The position numbers and the translations under genes were made by a program. This document shows, in pieces, positions 23,223 through 35,284 of a DNA stretch of 35,284 nt (positions within the stretch are counted from its first letter, which is position 1; the number at the start of each line of letters is the position of its first letter). The notes beneath the pieces are model-generated. The model saw only the letters and a program-made list of their open reading frames with translations. It searched no databases and was not told the origin of the DNA. This stretch comes from Spirogloea muscicola (taxonomy: Eukaryota): NCBI GenBank assembly GCA_009602725.1, contig WELB01000028.1, positions 487,418-522,701 of the forward strand. Direction: 5' to 3'.

Positions 23223-24328
23223 GTTGCCCCGGAGTTCCTCACATGGAGTGACACTGACTGCCAGCTTCCAGCCGTTGTCTTCATGCAGATTGTTGCTCAA
23301 CGTGTAACCAGAACGGACCACAGCCTGCCAAGTGCACTACATCCTTATAATGGGTTACTCTTTCCAGTCGGCTTGCCTGCCGGGTCTGCAGCCTGCTGCA
23401 AGTGCATTCTGAGCACTCTGCAAGTTGCTATCATGAGCATAAGCTGGACATTTGTATGTAGCCACTTACAACAGCTAAGCTGCTTCGCTGGAGTCCTGCA
23501 CACGTGGCCCTTTGCTGATCCTCTGCTCCAAGTGTACTCCACAAGAAAACGTATTCACCTTCGCCAGCCTTAGAGCCCGGCCACTTGCACTAGAGGCACA
23601 AGTGGCCACAATGGCGCGGGCTTCTTCACGCCTGTTGCGCTCGCTAGCAGTGCTATGATGCAGCAAAACCAGCAACATTGGCACACAGTGGGAAATATGC
23701 AATGGCCACTGCAGGGCAGGCGCCAGTCAGCTGTTGCCACCTGCCACTTGTCTATAGCAGTGAGGGCCAGGAATGCTTTATCATGTCCAAGGTTTGGCTA
23801 AATCTACGGCATGCCCCCGGCTGCTACGAGGTGGCAGAGGCCTGTCTAAAGTATAATCCACGAATACAATGAAGAGCGCAGTGAGCGACAGGCGCCAGCC
23901 AGCAGCGCACTGACTGGTGGCGCTGCCGAGCAGGCGGACTGTCGCTCAGCTCAGATACTACTCTCTGACACCTACACCCTGGCCTAAGCTTGCCACAAGG
24001 GCCTACACAAGGACCTCGCCTTGTCTTCCTTCTTTCTTCCCTTCCTCTCCTGCATGCAATCTCATGTGCCACTCACTGTCACTCTGCCTGTCGCTCAACT
24101 CTCGCTCTCAAGGGAAAAACACATCTTGCAGCCACATGCCTTCAGCACGACAGAGCCCAAAGTGCACCACTCTGTCTCTCCATCATCTTCCCTGGCATAA
24201 CTGCTCTCAGCAGGCCGCAAATGAGCCTCCTGCAAGCTGCGTGACCGCAGCCGCGGCAGCCAGACGACCCTGCACGCGTACTTAAGGTCTGCCTTAAACA
24301 TCTGCCACTGGGGCCAGCGTGCTCGTCC

Positions 24329-27300
24329 TCACTCTGCTGCATCAGCAGTAGGAGCTGCAGCAGGGGGTGCAGGGCGCTGCCCAGGAGGAGGACCACTGCC
24401 ACGGCCCCCCTGACCTCCTCCCGCACCTCTCCTTGGCTGCTGCTGCCGGCCACCACCTCGGGCATACTGATCGCTCCTTTGCTGCTGCAGGGGGGGGTGC
24501 TGCTGCTGCTGCTGCTGCAAGGGCTGTGGTTGCTGCTGCTGCTGCTGCTGCAAGGGCAGCTGCTGCGGCAGAGCCGGCACAGGCTGCTGATCAGTAGGAG
24601 TGATGCTGCCAGCATTCGGTTGGCCTATGGGGGTGTTCATGTTGGTCGCACCCCTATCCCCATAGCCTCCCTGCCCCTGGTAGCCGCTGTTGAATGAATT
24701 ACTGCGACCGTACTGGCCGCGCCCTCCCCGGTTGCTGGGACCCATGCTGCCGGGGTTGCCTAGGTCGCCCTGACCTCTGCCCGTCCCACGGCCTGCATAC
24801 GGACCCCTGCCGCGCATATTGTCGTTGCGATATGGCATGCGCTCGCCTCCACGACCTCCTCGTCCGCCACGCCCGATGGCTGTCACCTTCATCCGATATC
24901 AGCAATGCAGCTAGGGAGTTCCCCCAAGAACCGAACATGGACACTAGACGCAATGCAAGAATTGCACAGACACAGAGCAATTAATGTTAACGGTATGAGA
25001 GAGGCTGCCTTGGGAGCTTGCTGGTAAAGGGCATCGCATGGCACTCACACTTAGAGAGGGGTTGCTTCTTCTCGATGCGGACCATGTGGTTGCCCATAGA
25101 GACATGTCCAGCCTGCAGAAGCCACTTGCTACATGACACCTAGCCGGTGGGCACCTGGCAAATACGTCAAGTACAATGCAGACCAATTTATGTGCAGCCA
25201 AAAGCCCCTACGAAGCCCTACCTCAATAGCTGCCAAAGCGCCAGCCTGGTCTTCGAACTCAACAAATGCGTAGCAGTTCTGTGCGTTTGGTTGCTGTCAC
25301 ATGGCCAAAGATGTCACGATGGTAAGAAGCCTTCCTCTGCCACATTAGACTTGCTCATCTCCACAAACATGAGAGACCAAAGTCATTCAATACATATCCT
25401 ACTCATTGATTCTTATATCACAAGCTGAAGGGGTGAAATATGTCCAACAACGTTGCAGCTGCAGCAATTCAAAACAAATGGGGATATACTTTTTGGCCCT
25501 TGATGTTGACACGGTCCAGCTTTACCACACCAAAGTTTCTAAAGGCCTCCCCAACGTCAGTTGGTGTCACATTCAAGGGCAGGTACCGAACAAAGACGGA
25601 GCGACTATCCGCTGCACCACGCAGGCAGGGGTTGCCAATTGCACGTGTGTCAAAAGCAAGCAAATGCCTGACACCTAGGCATGTACAGTAACACATGTCA
25701 TAGAATTCAAGGGGGTGGGGCACTTTTCATCGCAATAGAGCCGGATCCAAGCTGCACCATCTGAATTGCAGCTGCACCTCACCTTCTGCCTCCTCAGCAG
25801 AGATATCATCTGTTGGAGGCGGCGGAGGTGCTGCAGAGGCCACCTGTGTCGGAGTGGCACTGGCAGCTGTGGCTGGCGGCTGGATGGGTGGTGCAGGGGC
25901 AGCAGGAGCCTCCACAGCTGAAGCAGCCATTGGAGAAGCAGCTTGGACAGGCTTTGCTGGTGCTGCTGCTGCGGGAGCTGGTGCACCCCTTGCCTCCTCT
26001 TTTCTTCTCATGTGTGTCAGCCCGAGCTGAAACATCGAAAGGGACAATGACAATGTCAACCATCTCAAATGACATCAATGTAAAGGCGAGAGCAAAGGAG
26101 GATGATAAGCAGTGAGCAACTGGCAAGCAACCTGCACATCTCCAGGACTCACAATGGAGGCATAGGAGAATTTCTTTGGTTCTTCTGATGAGTAGCCAGA
26201 ACCGGTGGCATCATTGGCATCTTCCAATGGATTGTCAGCGAGAGACTCGACAGAGTCTACAGCAGCCTGGCTGACAGGCTCCTCGTCCTTCACAGTCTCC
26301 ACTGCCGCAGCCTCTGTTGGCGGGGTATGTCCAATATCGGGGCTTGCAGCATATGTATGAGTTGAAATAGCTTCATTCAGCTCCGGTGTTGCTGGCACTT
26401 CATGGACGACATGTTCTGCAGGATAAGAGGTTGTAATGCGATGTTAGTAAAGCAAAGTAGCTTTAGCATAGGAGCGAATCTAGATCTCTCACAATCACAC
26501 AGAACCTTAGGTTTACTATCGGCACTATTATGCACATAGAAGGGCTTAAAGCGTTATACCAGGCTCGCTGGCCGTGTGGCTGGAAGCTGGCTCTGGAGTG
26601 CCATTGGCAAGCAGCACCGCATGCTTGACTTGCTGAGGCTCTTCATCGATGTACCGAAAGACGTCATTCAGAACATAGTAACCCTTCTCCTGCGGGGCAA
26701 GGAAAAAGCTCTGCACAAAGTTGCGCTTGCCATCCGCCTTGTTGGTCAAGGTTCCCGTCACCATGACAAGTACGCCTCCAGTGAGAGAGTCCTGGGAGTC
26801 CACAGTCTTGATCTCTGCCTTAAACTCCGCATAGTCAAGCGACATGATCTTCCGATGGATCTCCTGGAGCACACGGGGAGAGGCCACACCAGCATCGTCA
26901 ATGAGATTCTTGACAACATCGACCCGCTTGTCATTGTGCATCTGTGATGCGGTTGTATCACAAAGATAGATGCACTAGAAACTGTTGTAAGCACGCCTGT
27001 GTTTCACATGACAACAAGCTCCAGTCAGGCAAGGCAAGGCTCACATTCTGATTGACGACCATATCAACAGCACCATCTGAGCCGGCCTCTGCACGCGTCA
27101 CCCTGCTGGCATCGGTGTAAAAGCGGTGCACATTCTGGGGTTGCTGGTGAAGGACATTGTAGTACTGATTCACAAACACATTCCCAACCTGCAAAATCGC
27201 ACCGTCATGCCCACCAGGATCAGAGGAACCTGCAACAGGCGCCCTTGTAAGAGCAACGATGCTTCTTTTAGCAGGATACAAGCAAGCTCCAGCGACGCGA

Positions 27301-27381
27301 TACATGCTGCATGAAGTTATTATGCTGCTCGAATCCCAAGCGAGTGAGCTCTGAAGCTCTCACCATATTAGCGGATGCCAT
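24329..27381 (-). CDS. G3BP: G3BP-like NTF2-RRM-RGG RNA-binding protein, ~593 aa
   Basis: Nine exons with consistent phases: 27381-27364, 27188-27045, 26863-26560, 26415-26153, 26026-25783, 25611-25490, 25293-25222, 25112-25049, 24879-24329. NTF2 domain (VGNVFVNQYYNVLHQ..HRFY..FVQSFFLAPQEKGYYVLNDVFRY), KKFSYASI motif, RRM (SVFVRYLP..CYAFVEFE), RGG- and Q-rich tail. Confidence 0.92.
24480..24565 (-). repeat. CAG microsatellite encoding poly-Q tracts in the G3BP tail
   Basis: (GCT)n runs on the + strand; translation QQLPLQQQQQQQPQPLQQQQQQHPPLQQQ. Confidence 0.85.
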
Positions 27382-27462
27382 GTCGCGTCGCACGATCCGT
27401 CAAGCTCCGGGTGTTGGGTTTCTCCAAGTCGACGTTGTCCGAAGAAGCTGCAGCGCGCTGGA

Positions 27463-27471
27463 AAACCCTAA
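27463..27471 (+). promoter_or_regulatory. Telo-box AAACCCTAA about 80 bp upstream of the G3BP ATG
   Basis: Exact AAACCCTAA match. It also lies next to a probable 5'-UTR intron acceptor (TTTTCCAG on the minus strand). Confidence 0.4.
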
Positions 27472-29355
27472 TCCTACAGCCACCAGGCCGGCGCATGGAG
27501 TCAGGCGAACACTTAGTGTGAGCGGGAGAGAGCGCGACGACCGGAGGAGAGCTCGCAAGGGAGCCAGGACAGGCTGGGATGCCGCTGCCGAGCAAGCACC
27601 TCGCGCTGCGGTCCGGCGGCGCGGCGGCGACCTTGGACCCTGACCGGCGAGCGGCCNCGTACCAGGTACTCGACGTGGCGGCTCTGGCGCCCGCGGCGGC
27701 GGCAGCGGCGGCGGCGGCGGCGGTTGCGGCGGCGGCGGCACGGCGGGGTCGGAGGGGGAGGGGAGAGGAGTTAGACGTGGCCGAGAAATATTTCATCTTA
27801 ACCGTTTCGACGCAGAGACTTAATGGTGGTGCAGGCCCCTCGCCCTACAGAGTTCAATCTGTTACCGGACAGTGCGCTTTGGGGGCGCCGGGCGGAGCGC
27901 CGGTCCCGGCGGAAGCCCCCTAACCGATCCGGTTAAGTAGCCTAACAGCCGCTGAGTAATGTTGGCCGTCCGATGCAGCCATCCGACGGCAGCTCGATTA
28001 CCCAACCCCCCGTCTTCCACCTTCTTCCTAGGCATACACCGTGACTCCGTCGGCTCCCACCTCCGAGCTCGCCGCCGCATGCCATGGCGGGTTGCAGCGG
28101 CGGGGAAGGCCAGCGGCAGTGCGGCCAATACCTCGTGAGGCTTTTGCAATGATCTTTGGGCCTGTCAATACCCACTTGGATTCAGCAGGAGGGAGGAGAA
28201 TCTGGACAACAACCCCGTGCCTGGCCTCCAGTGCCGTGCCATACTTGCTACTTCATACTGCCTTGGAAGGGCAGTGCTATGTGCAGCCCCAGGCGCGGCT
28301 GCTAGCTCAACCGTATCTGTTTGCAGGAGGGCGTGTCATTTGACCATCCTCGAGGAGGCGGTTGTGCTGGCAGCAACATGCTCCATTGTGCTCACAAGTG
28401 GGGGATTGACCAGCCACGTCCTCCTTCAGGATGCCACTTATGAGATACCTAGGAGGCCAAGTACCAGTAAGCAATGGCAAATGCCTTCTGCCTCGTACTT
28501 TCGGAGATAGGAGCAGGATCACGTGCCAGTTGACAGTTTTCTACAAGCAATTGCTGCTCAGAGCTATTATTGCCTTCTGTCAAAACAGTCCACCCCATCT
28601 GCACACAGCCTCTGCAGGCTGTCCACCATGCTTCATCATCCGTCCCTAAGCCATGCTACTGCATGTTTCGGAGAGTCGTCGAGCTATGGCAGCTGAAGCC
28701 GAGAATTTGTCTGGCGTCCCTAGGTCAAGAAAGCTCACCCTTACTGATGGAGCAGGCAAGCCCAATGAGTTATTACCTGATATCAAGACTCCAGTGGCCA
28801 CACGACCTGCACACTACCCTCCACTTGGTTCTGTGCATGACAATGCTGCTTGGCAGCTACTGCCCATGACCACCTATATGTCTAATCAATGAGCAGCCAA
28901 ATCATGAATGAAGTTGATATACTTTCAGGTCTAAGCTTATGCTTAATTGTGCTAGGTTGGTACTTGACTTTCAACAAGTCCACTGTCCGTACTTCCACTA
29001 AGGCTGGCAGGCTTAAGCATTGCCCCGTGAACGAGGTTCGCATCTTTACTATGAGCTGCCATCCTGCTTCATTGCACAGCGAATACTCTGCAAGATCCAC
29101 CCGACTAGACAACCTCCAGACAAGACAAGGTGCAGGGTCTACTGAAGCGCGCATGATACATCACGTGTACAAGAATACCGCCGGTGACAGAAGCCAGCTA
29201 ATCGGCCACGCCTTGAGCATGTGTCTGTCAACTAAACATTGGATGGCCAAATAGACTCTCACGGACGCTACACGCGAAGCATAAGATTGACAGGCAAGGT
29301 TGATCATATGTACAAAAAGCTAGCAACTTTGCTTGTATTAGGTGGTCTTAGCTGG

Positions 29356-30790
29356 TCAAGACAAGACGACCAGAAGAATGATGAGAAGCGCGCCGCCAAA
29401 GATGCACATGAGCCAACATGTCTGCCAGGAAACGATATTTGGAGAAGATTAGGCGGGCAAGTGGACTTGCGCAGAGAGGACAGGAACATTCAGTACCACC
29501 AAGAGCCAGCTTAAGAACAGCATACCGTGAAGACCTCAATACCCTTAGAACAGCTGCACCAGCAACTATTCTCACCAGCGAATTGGCGCTCCGTTGACTC
29601 TTAGCAGCTTTGCTCAATTGTGTGTTTGCTTGCATAGTCAAGGCGTGTCCGCTCTCAATATTCGCCTCAATGTCATCTGAGACAAGAGGCCCATCAAGCA
29701 GCGTGATGAACTTCGTTGCGACCAATAGCACGTCAAGCATATGTCTACTATGCAATGTGAGCTCCTCGAAAACGGTGGTACTCACCAATCATGCCACCTT
29801 GCTCGTGAATCAAGACAGCGAGATCCTTAAAGATCTCGTGAACCTCCCCTATCTGCTGCTGTATCTCTCGTATTCCCTGATCTCTTTCTTCGATGATTGC
29901 CTCGTTGAAGACAAGCTCATTGTCAATCTCTATTACTTGCTGTCTGCAGAGGTTACAAGCCAAAGGGTAAACGAAAGTGCATGAGGATGTGGGCAAGAGC
30001 GAGAGAGCAGACTAGTGCACGGCAGCGCTGCCTGTGACAAACGTACTGCTGAGCCTGCTGCATGTGGTCTGGCCCTGTCGACGAGGTCATCTCCCTGGCA
30101 GGAACAAAGGGCTGATAGATGGTCTCGCGGTCTGCAGCGATCCGCTGAGCCTTCTGGAATTCCTTCAGAATGGCTTGGAAGTCCTTGGCCAATTTAGCAT
30201 CACTCAGCTTCTTGTTTGCCTGTAAGAAGTCCACTTCAGCTCATCAGTATATGGAGCAAAGTGATAGAGGATCAACTTGGCCTGCCAATGCTGCGGCGCG
30301 GACAGCGAGGAGCCTGGGGAGCCTGAGACGTACCGGCACGGGAACCTGGTGGTCCACCTCGCTGGCGTCCTTGAGCTTCGCGGACGTCTCCTTCACCAGC
30401 TGGCCGATGTTCTGCCGCGCCTTGTGACTGGAGCAAACGTCGGAACCGGAGGGTCAGAGGCTCCAATCTTTGCCATGGCAAAGCGACGATCCATGCGATA
30501 ATGACGACGGCCATGACAGACTTCAGCTGCGCTCGACGACGCGGTCCTCGGCATCGGCACGGCCCGACTCACATCTTCTCGCGCAGCTCGGGGGTGTCCT
30601 TGGGCGTGCCCAAGGTGTTAACGAGCCGCTTGAAGGTCGCGACGGCGGTGCTGATTTTGAAGACCCCCGCTGCCAGCGCGCGGCTGGGGCCGGCCGCAGC
30701 CGCCGCCGCCGCCGCCCCCGCGGCGGCGTCCGGCCGGGCATCGAGGCCCAGGAAAGGCTGCCCGGCGCCGTTGACGTCCTGGAAGCTCAT
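29356..30790 (-). CDS. SYP22: Syntaxin of plants SYP21/22-type Qa-SNARE, ~269 aa
   Basis: Exons 30790-30573, 30427-30334, 30219-30047, 29943-29786, 29676-29576, 29421-29356. Motifs [40 protein letters not shown] and [33 protein letters not shown], with a C-terminal [23 protein letters not shown]. Confidence 0.95.
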
Positions 30791-31078
30791 GGCCTGCGGC
30801 CAGGGGTGTCGGCCCGGGGCGGCTCCGCCAGGTGCCGACGAGACGGCGGGGGAAAGGCGCAGAAGCGACAGCGGCGGCCGCGCAGCACCACGCCAGCGCG
30901 CGGTCCGCCGCAAGAGGCGAAGTGCAGGCGCGCGGTGGGGACGAGGCTAGCCGCCTCGGCAAGCGCTGCGTCCGGCAGAGGGGAGCCCTGCGGCAGAGGC
31001 GGCGCGCAGAGAGGTCCGCCCTGCACCGCCGCCCGCGCTTCCGGGGGACAGGCGGCGGCGGCGGCGGCGGCGGCGACG

Positions 31079-31080
<2 letters not shown>

Positions 31081-31135
<55 letters not shown>

Positions 31136-31445
31136 NNNNNNNNNNNNNNNNNNNNNNNNNNNNNNNNNNNNNNNNNNNNNNNNNNNNNNNNNNNNNNNNN
31201 NNNNNNNNNNNNNNNNNNNNNNNNNNNNNNNNNNNNNNNNNNNNNNNNNNNNNNNNNNNNNNNNNNNNNNNNNNNNNNNNNNNNNNNNNNNNNNNNNNNN
31301 NNNNNNNNNNNNNNNNNNNNNNNNNNNNNNNNNNNNNNNNNNNNNNNNNNNNNNNNNNNNNNNNNNNNNNNNNNNNNNNNNNNNNNNNNNNNNNNNNNNN
31401 NNNNNNNNNNNNNNNNNNNNNNNNNNNNNNNNNNNNNNNNNNNNN
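31081..31445. other. Poly-A run plus assembly gap in the SYP22/RPL34 head-to-head promoter
   Basis: A run 31081-31135, N run 31136-31445. Confidence 0.95.
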
Positions 31446-31471
31446 CCGCCCGCGCGCCGCCGGCGAGGCTG

Positions 31472-31912
31472 ATGCTGCGGTCGGGCCTCGCGTGCGCCGC
31501 GCCGGCGGCGCCCTTCTCCAGGAGCTCGTTTGCCGGTGTGCGCCGTCGCCGGACGCCGTCGACTGTGTGTAGCTTGGGGCTTGCGAGTCGTCAGTCGAGC
31601 CTTGCCGCGCTTCTACTGACAGCGCTCCGACCCCGCCATTGCCGCCGCTGGCTTGCAGGCACGTCCCTGCGACGGGCCTTGGCGCCGGCGCCGCCGCCGC
31701 GGCGGCAGGAGCGCGGCGGCGGCCTGGTCGTGCGCGCGGGGTCCATGGCGTGCACCCGGCGCTCGCGCAGCCGCAAGAGCGTGGCGCGCGCGTCGGGCTT
31801 CCGCGTCAAGCTGCGCTCCACCGATGGCCGCAACGTCCTCCGCCGCCGCCGCGCCAAGGGCCGCAAGCGCCTTTGCCCTGCCTCCAACCCCCGCTCCGGC
31901 AAGCACGCCTAG
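31472..31912 (+). CDS. RPL34: Nucleus-encoded plastid 50S ribosomal protein L34 (bL34c) with transit peptide
   Basis: Exons 31472-31535 and 31659-31912. An Ala/Ser/Arg-rich transit peptide ends LVVRA, followed by CTRRSRSRKSVARASGFRVKLRSTDGRNVLRRRRAKGRKRLCPASNPRSGK. The start could extend into the gap. Confidence 0.93.
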   Translation: MLRSGLACAAPAAPFSRSSFAGVRRRRTPSTVCSLGLASRQSSLAALLLTALRPRHCRRWLAGTSLRRALAPAPPPRRQERGGGLVVRAGSMACTRRSRSRKSVARASGFRVKLRSTDGRNVLRRRRAKGRKRLCPASNPRSGKHA

Positions 31913-33199
31913 AGCTGCGCCAGCCAGCCAGGCCCCCGCCATTGCTCAAGGCTACTCGTAGGTCTTCTGGCCGTCACTGGTCTTATCTCCCCGGAGCAGC
32001 CACTAGATGGCGACCCCGTTGGCCTCAGAATAGCACACTGCCAGAGCCCTCTGAGATCCAAAGACGGCCAGGACGACGCAGCTGCCATGCATCCACCTTC
32101 GCTTCGAATTCCCGTTGGAGCTCGCTACACTTGACCTTGGCTCTGATTAGCGCTGCGCAGCTCGCAGTACTCGCAGCAGCTCCCTGTCCAAATGGTGGCT
32201 GGGGCGTCCTCCAGGCACAGGAGCTGGTTGTCTTGCACGAATGTGATGGTTCTTTGCCAGACTCGCATGACATGCAGGGATGCCATCTTTGCAGTGTCGG
32301 CTCTGGCGCATGGGATCTGTGGTGGCCCTGATGTTACTTGGCCATTCTCTGCCGCTTGTATTGAATCCGAACTCGACTTGACCTCCACAGCCAAGGAGGA
32401 CATCACGTCGATCCTGGCAGACGTCCTTGCACGAGCTTGAAGTCAAGGAGGCAGGCCCAGCTGCATGGCCAGTGCCGGCAGTTGAATGGCACTTGCGCTG
32501 CTGCCACCAGTACTGTATCTCCAGGTCGTGGCGAGCTCCAGTGTGCTGGGTGTTGCTGTCCTCAGGGCCCTCATTAGTTGGCATCGGGGACCTCTCCACG
32601 AGCAAGTGGTCGTTGAGTCATGCACGCTGACGAGCATTTGGAGCCCAACAGTATATGCACCCGGCAATCCCCACTAGGATAGTGACTGCATTCAAGCATA
32701 TGCTTGCTATTTGGCAGCCAGTGATGATCTATGATCCTCGCATGGACCAGCAATGCTGCAGTGCGCTCAAGCAATGTGCAACTCCGAAGGAGAGCCTAGC
32801 AGGCCAGTGACCAGCAGACCTTCAGAGGCAGCTCTTAAAGGCCTCAGATTGGCATACAGCCTCATATATGTGGCAACGAGGGTGAAAGCGAGGGTGTGGA
32901 ATGTGGGACACGGACTTAGAGCTAGTACAACAATGTCAGTGGAGCCGCCGCGGCGACTGGTAACACTAGCACCTAGTCATACTCTGCAAGGGTGATCTAG
33001 CGAGCCTAGAAGACCGTGACTGAGGCCCACTATACAGAATATACAGACATTGAGTGCGGTGTGGCGGTTAGGTAGAAGGTTAGCGGGCATGGCGCCACTG
33101 CCGACCATGGCCAGAAGCTCAGCTTGACCCTGGTCATTCGTGAGGAGGCGCGCGGAGGAGTGGGGGGGGTTTTGTCCCATGGAGCAGCATCTTCGTCAG

Positions 33200-35284
33200 T
33201 TACGGTGCAGAGGAGCCGCCAACGCTGGTGTAGACCATGGCGCAGAATGACTGAACCTGTGGGAGATCAGCAAGCAGCGCGATGTAGGAGTTCTCCTCAG
33301 GGTGCTCCATCAGCGCGCCACCGATGCTCGCGACCGGTGGCAGCAGCTTAGCCAGCGGTACGCCCGCCTCGCCATCACCAACCGTTTCCCGAAGCTCCCC
33401 GAGCATTGCCTCCGTGATAGCGTCAAATGCCACCGCCAGCACAGCCTCAAACTCAGAGCTGCAGCACAAAGCGTGGCTTTGCTGAGCAACCATGACCGAC
33501 AGGTCCAAGAGTATGGATAGCTGCAGCTCAACTGTGGCAGCAGTTGCTGGAGCTTGTACTGCGTGCTCACCTCGAAAGCATGCCCCGAGTCTCAATCATA
33601 AGCTCCTCCAGCATGGCGCCATCATCGCTGGCATCGCTGCCATGCGCCATGCTGCCGTGGGCCTCATCTGCTGTGCCGCTGGCGGCGCTCTTGGCCTCGT
33701 CAGCCGCGAGGGAGGCAGCAGCGAGGTCCTGCGGCAGGCTGTTGTCCTCAGGCAGCACAAAGTCGGCCCAGTGCGGGCCCCGGCTCTCAAAGCCATGCCG
33801 GATTTCACTTACTAAGTCCCGCAAGTCCGCCAACCTATACGGCTCCTTGAGCGGCTTGCTGAATGAAGAACATGAGGCGGAGGCAAGTACAAGGTCAAAA
33901 CACGAGACGGGTAGGAGGTACCAAAAACCAGAGATAAGGAGAGGCGAGGATGCCACAGGGAGTATGGGTGACTGGGAGGAAGCGAGGAGGCAGAAAAGGT
34001 AGAAGAAAGGTGCAGAGCCACCACTGGCTGCCTATCAACCTCGTCGCCTTCGGCCCTCCTTTCCAGGCCAAGCAACACCGAGGCCCAGCAGTGATCAGCC
34101 GTTGCAAGTTTGGGGCAAGCACATAGAGAAGAGGCTGACAGACCTGCGCATGACGCCCTCGACAACGCTCCGCACATCGCGCACGAGGTACTCGAGGCCT
34201 TTGTGTGGCAGGTAGTCTGCGAAGGCAATGAACTTGTGCTGGCAGCTCATGGACAGCGGCCGGTGCACGCCGTCCTGCTCAAGCAGACGGTATCCAACGT
34301 GGCGCTAGCTTCAGTGCCGCTCTCAATAGGCGTCCAACGAGCGATCACACCAGGGCCTGGACCACCATCGCAGCTGCCGCGCACTTACAGGGGAGGAGCC
34401 GGCGACGGGATCGGGCGCTGCACTGGCAGCATCTCGCGCAGTGTCCACGTAGACATGGCGTCCAAGGATGTTGAGCTGGATACGGACAAAGAGGTCGAGC
34501 AGGCTGACCGCCCACATGGAGCTCATTGTCCGCGTGAAACCTGCACAGTTGGTGGCACGTGCAGCAAGCGCTGGAACGTCAAGGGCAGCAGCGGCAGGGC
34601 GGGCTCCTTGAGGTGCGGCAGATGGCCCGTAAGAGCCGCTCTAAGCATAGGTGGGGAAGCTGTCGCCGACGGTTGATGTCTTGGGCAGGCCCCCAAAGCC
34701 AGGTTAGGCGAGTGGAGTCAAGAGGAGAGGAGGCGGGACTCACTCAGCACTTTGAGCTCCTGCCAGATGTGCATCTTCTCGCGGGAGGAGAGGGCGTGCG
34801 GGCCGGCCTTGCCGTCCATGAGCCGCTCGGTGAGCACCGAGAGGTCGACGAGCTCGAACAGGCGCGCCTTGAGGTGCGGCAGCACCGAGGGCAGCGTCGT
34901 GCTGTCCGAGATGCGCTGGATGCTCTCGAAGTGGCTCTGCAACCTACGCAGGCCAGCCATGGAGGGGGTCGAGGTTAGTGAAGCTGTCTCATGGCTTGCG
35001 GCCATAAGCCCCAACTTATGGCCACAATAAGTGGCCTTAAGCCAATTATGGCCACTTACGTGGCCATAATTGGCCACTTAGGCACCAACGGCAACGCTAG
35101 CGAGACGACGCTCCAACGAGGGACTTAGTGGCGACGAGCCCAACAGGCGCCGAGTCTGGGGGCCTTACTGGAGGCTCGCGCGCTCCTCCGCCTCGCGCCG
35201 CTGCTGCTGCAGCGCAAGGTCGGGCTTGCCCCGGCGCGAAGAAGCGCCGGCGCCGGCCGCGGCGGCGGAGGCGGCCTCGCCGTC
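33200..35284 (-). CDS. PEX3: Peroxin-3 (PEX3), 5'-partial
   Basis: Exons 35284-35169, 34943-34744, 34540-34389, 34274-34144, 33858-33571, 33458-33200, phases consistent. Motifs QLQSHFESIQRISDSTTLP, KMHIWQELKVLSFTR, RIQLNILGRHVYVDTAR, ETRGMLSSSEF and VPLAKLLP. Confidence 0.93.
35000..35082. repeat. Intronic palindromic TGGCCA/TTATGGCCAC cluster with a perfect 15-bp hairpin
   Basis: GCCAATTATGGCCAC-TTAC-GTGGCCATAATTGGC at 35041-35074, plus flanking partial copies. Confidence 0.8.

Noticed and set aside
25294..25489. Possible U12 intron in G3BP (GTATATCCCC)
   Set aside because: It does not fit GTATCCTT or ATATCCTY. An ordinary phase-0 GT-AG junction restores the RRM.
31081..31135. Poly-A run
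   Set aside because: Same gap-adjacent pattern as 15841-15961; treated as an artefact.
31913..33199. Several 60-150 aa ORFs between RPL34 and PEX3
   Set aside because: No domain similarity or consistent splice structure; probably converging 3' UTRs and intergenic DNA.

Overview
Eukaryotic nuclear DNA: a GC-rich, gene-dense, intron-containing region. Ten plant-type genes can be reconstructed by hand with consistent exon phases: EMB2759-like (partial), SEC23D-like, a DUF819 plastid membrane protein, bystin/ENP1, a PIRL-type LRR protein, a GH95 alpha-L-fucosidase 2, an NTF2-RRM G3BP-like protein, SYP2-type syntaxin, plastid ribosomal protein L34 and PEX3 (partial). The gene set, short introns and GCC-rich 5' ends suggest a streptophyte green alga (inference). 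The most notable signals are a U12-type AT-AC intron near the 3' end of bystin, three GC-AG introns among about 53 coding introns, and an unannotated two-module repeat family. That family forms a ~1.2 kb imperfect foldback at 16.7-17.9 kb, with a superficially CRISPR-like 36-bp repeat series and a related copy at 8.6-8.9 kb. All assembly gaps and homopolymer runs fall at GC-rich gene starts. No prokaryotic-type system, RNA gene or autonomous transposon was found. Family assignments come from recalled motifs, not database searches.
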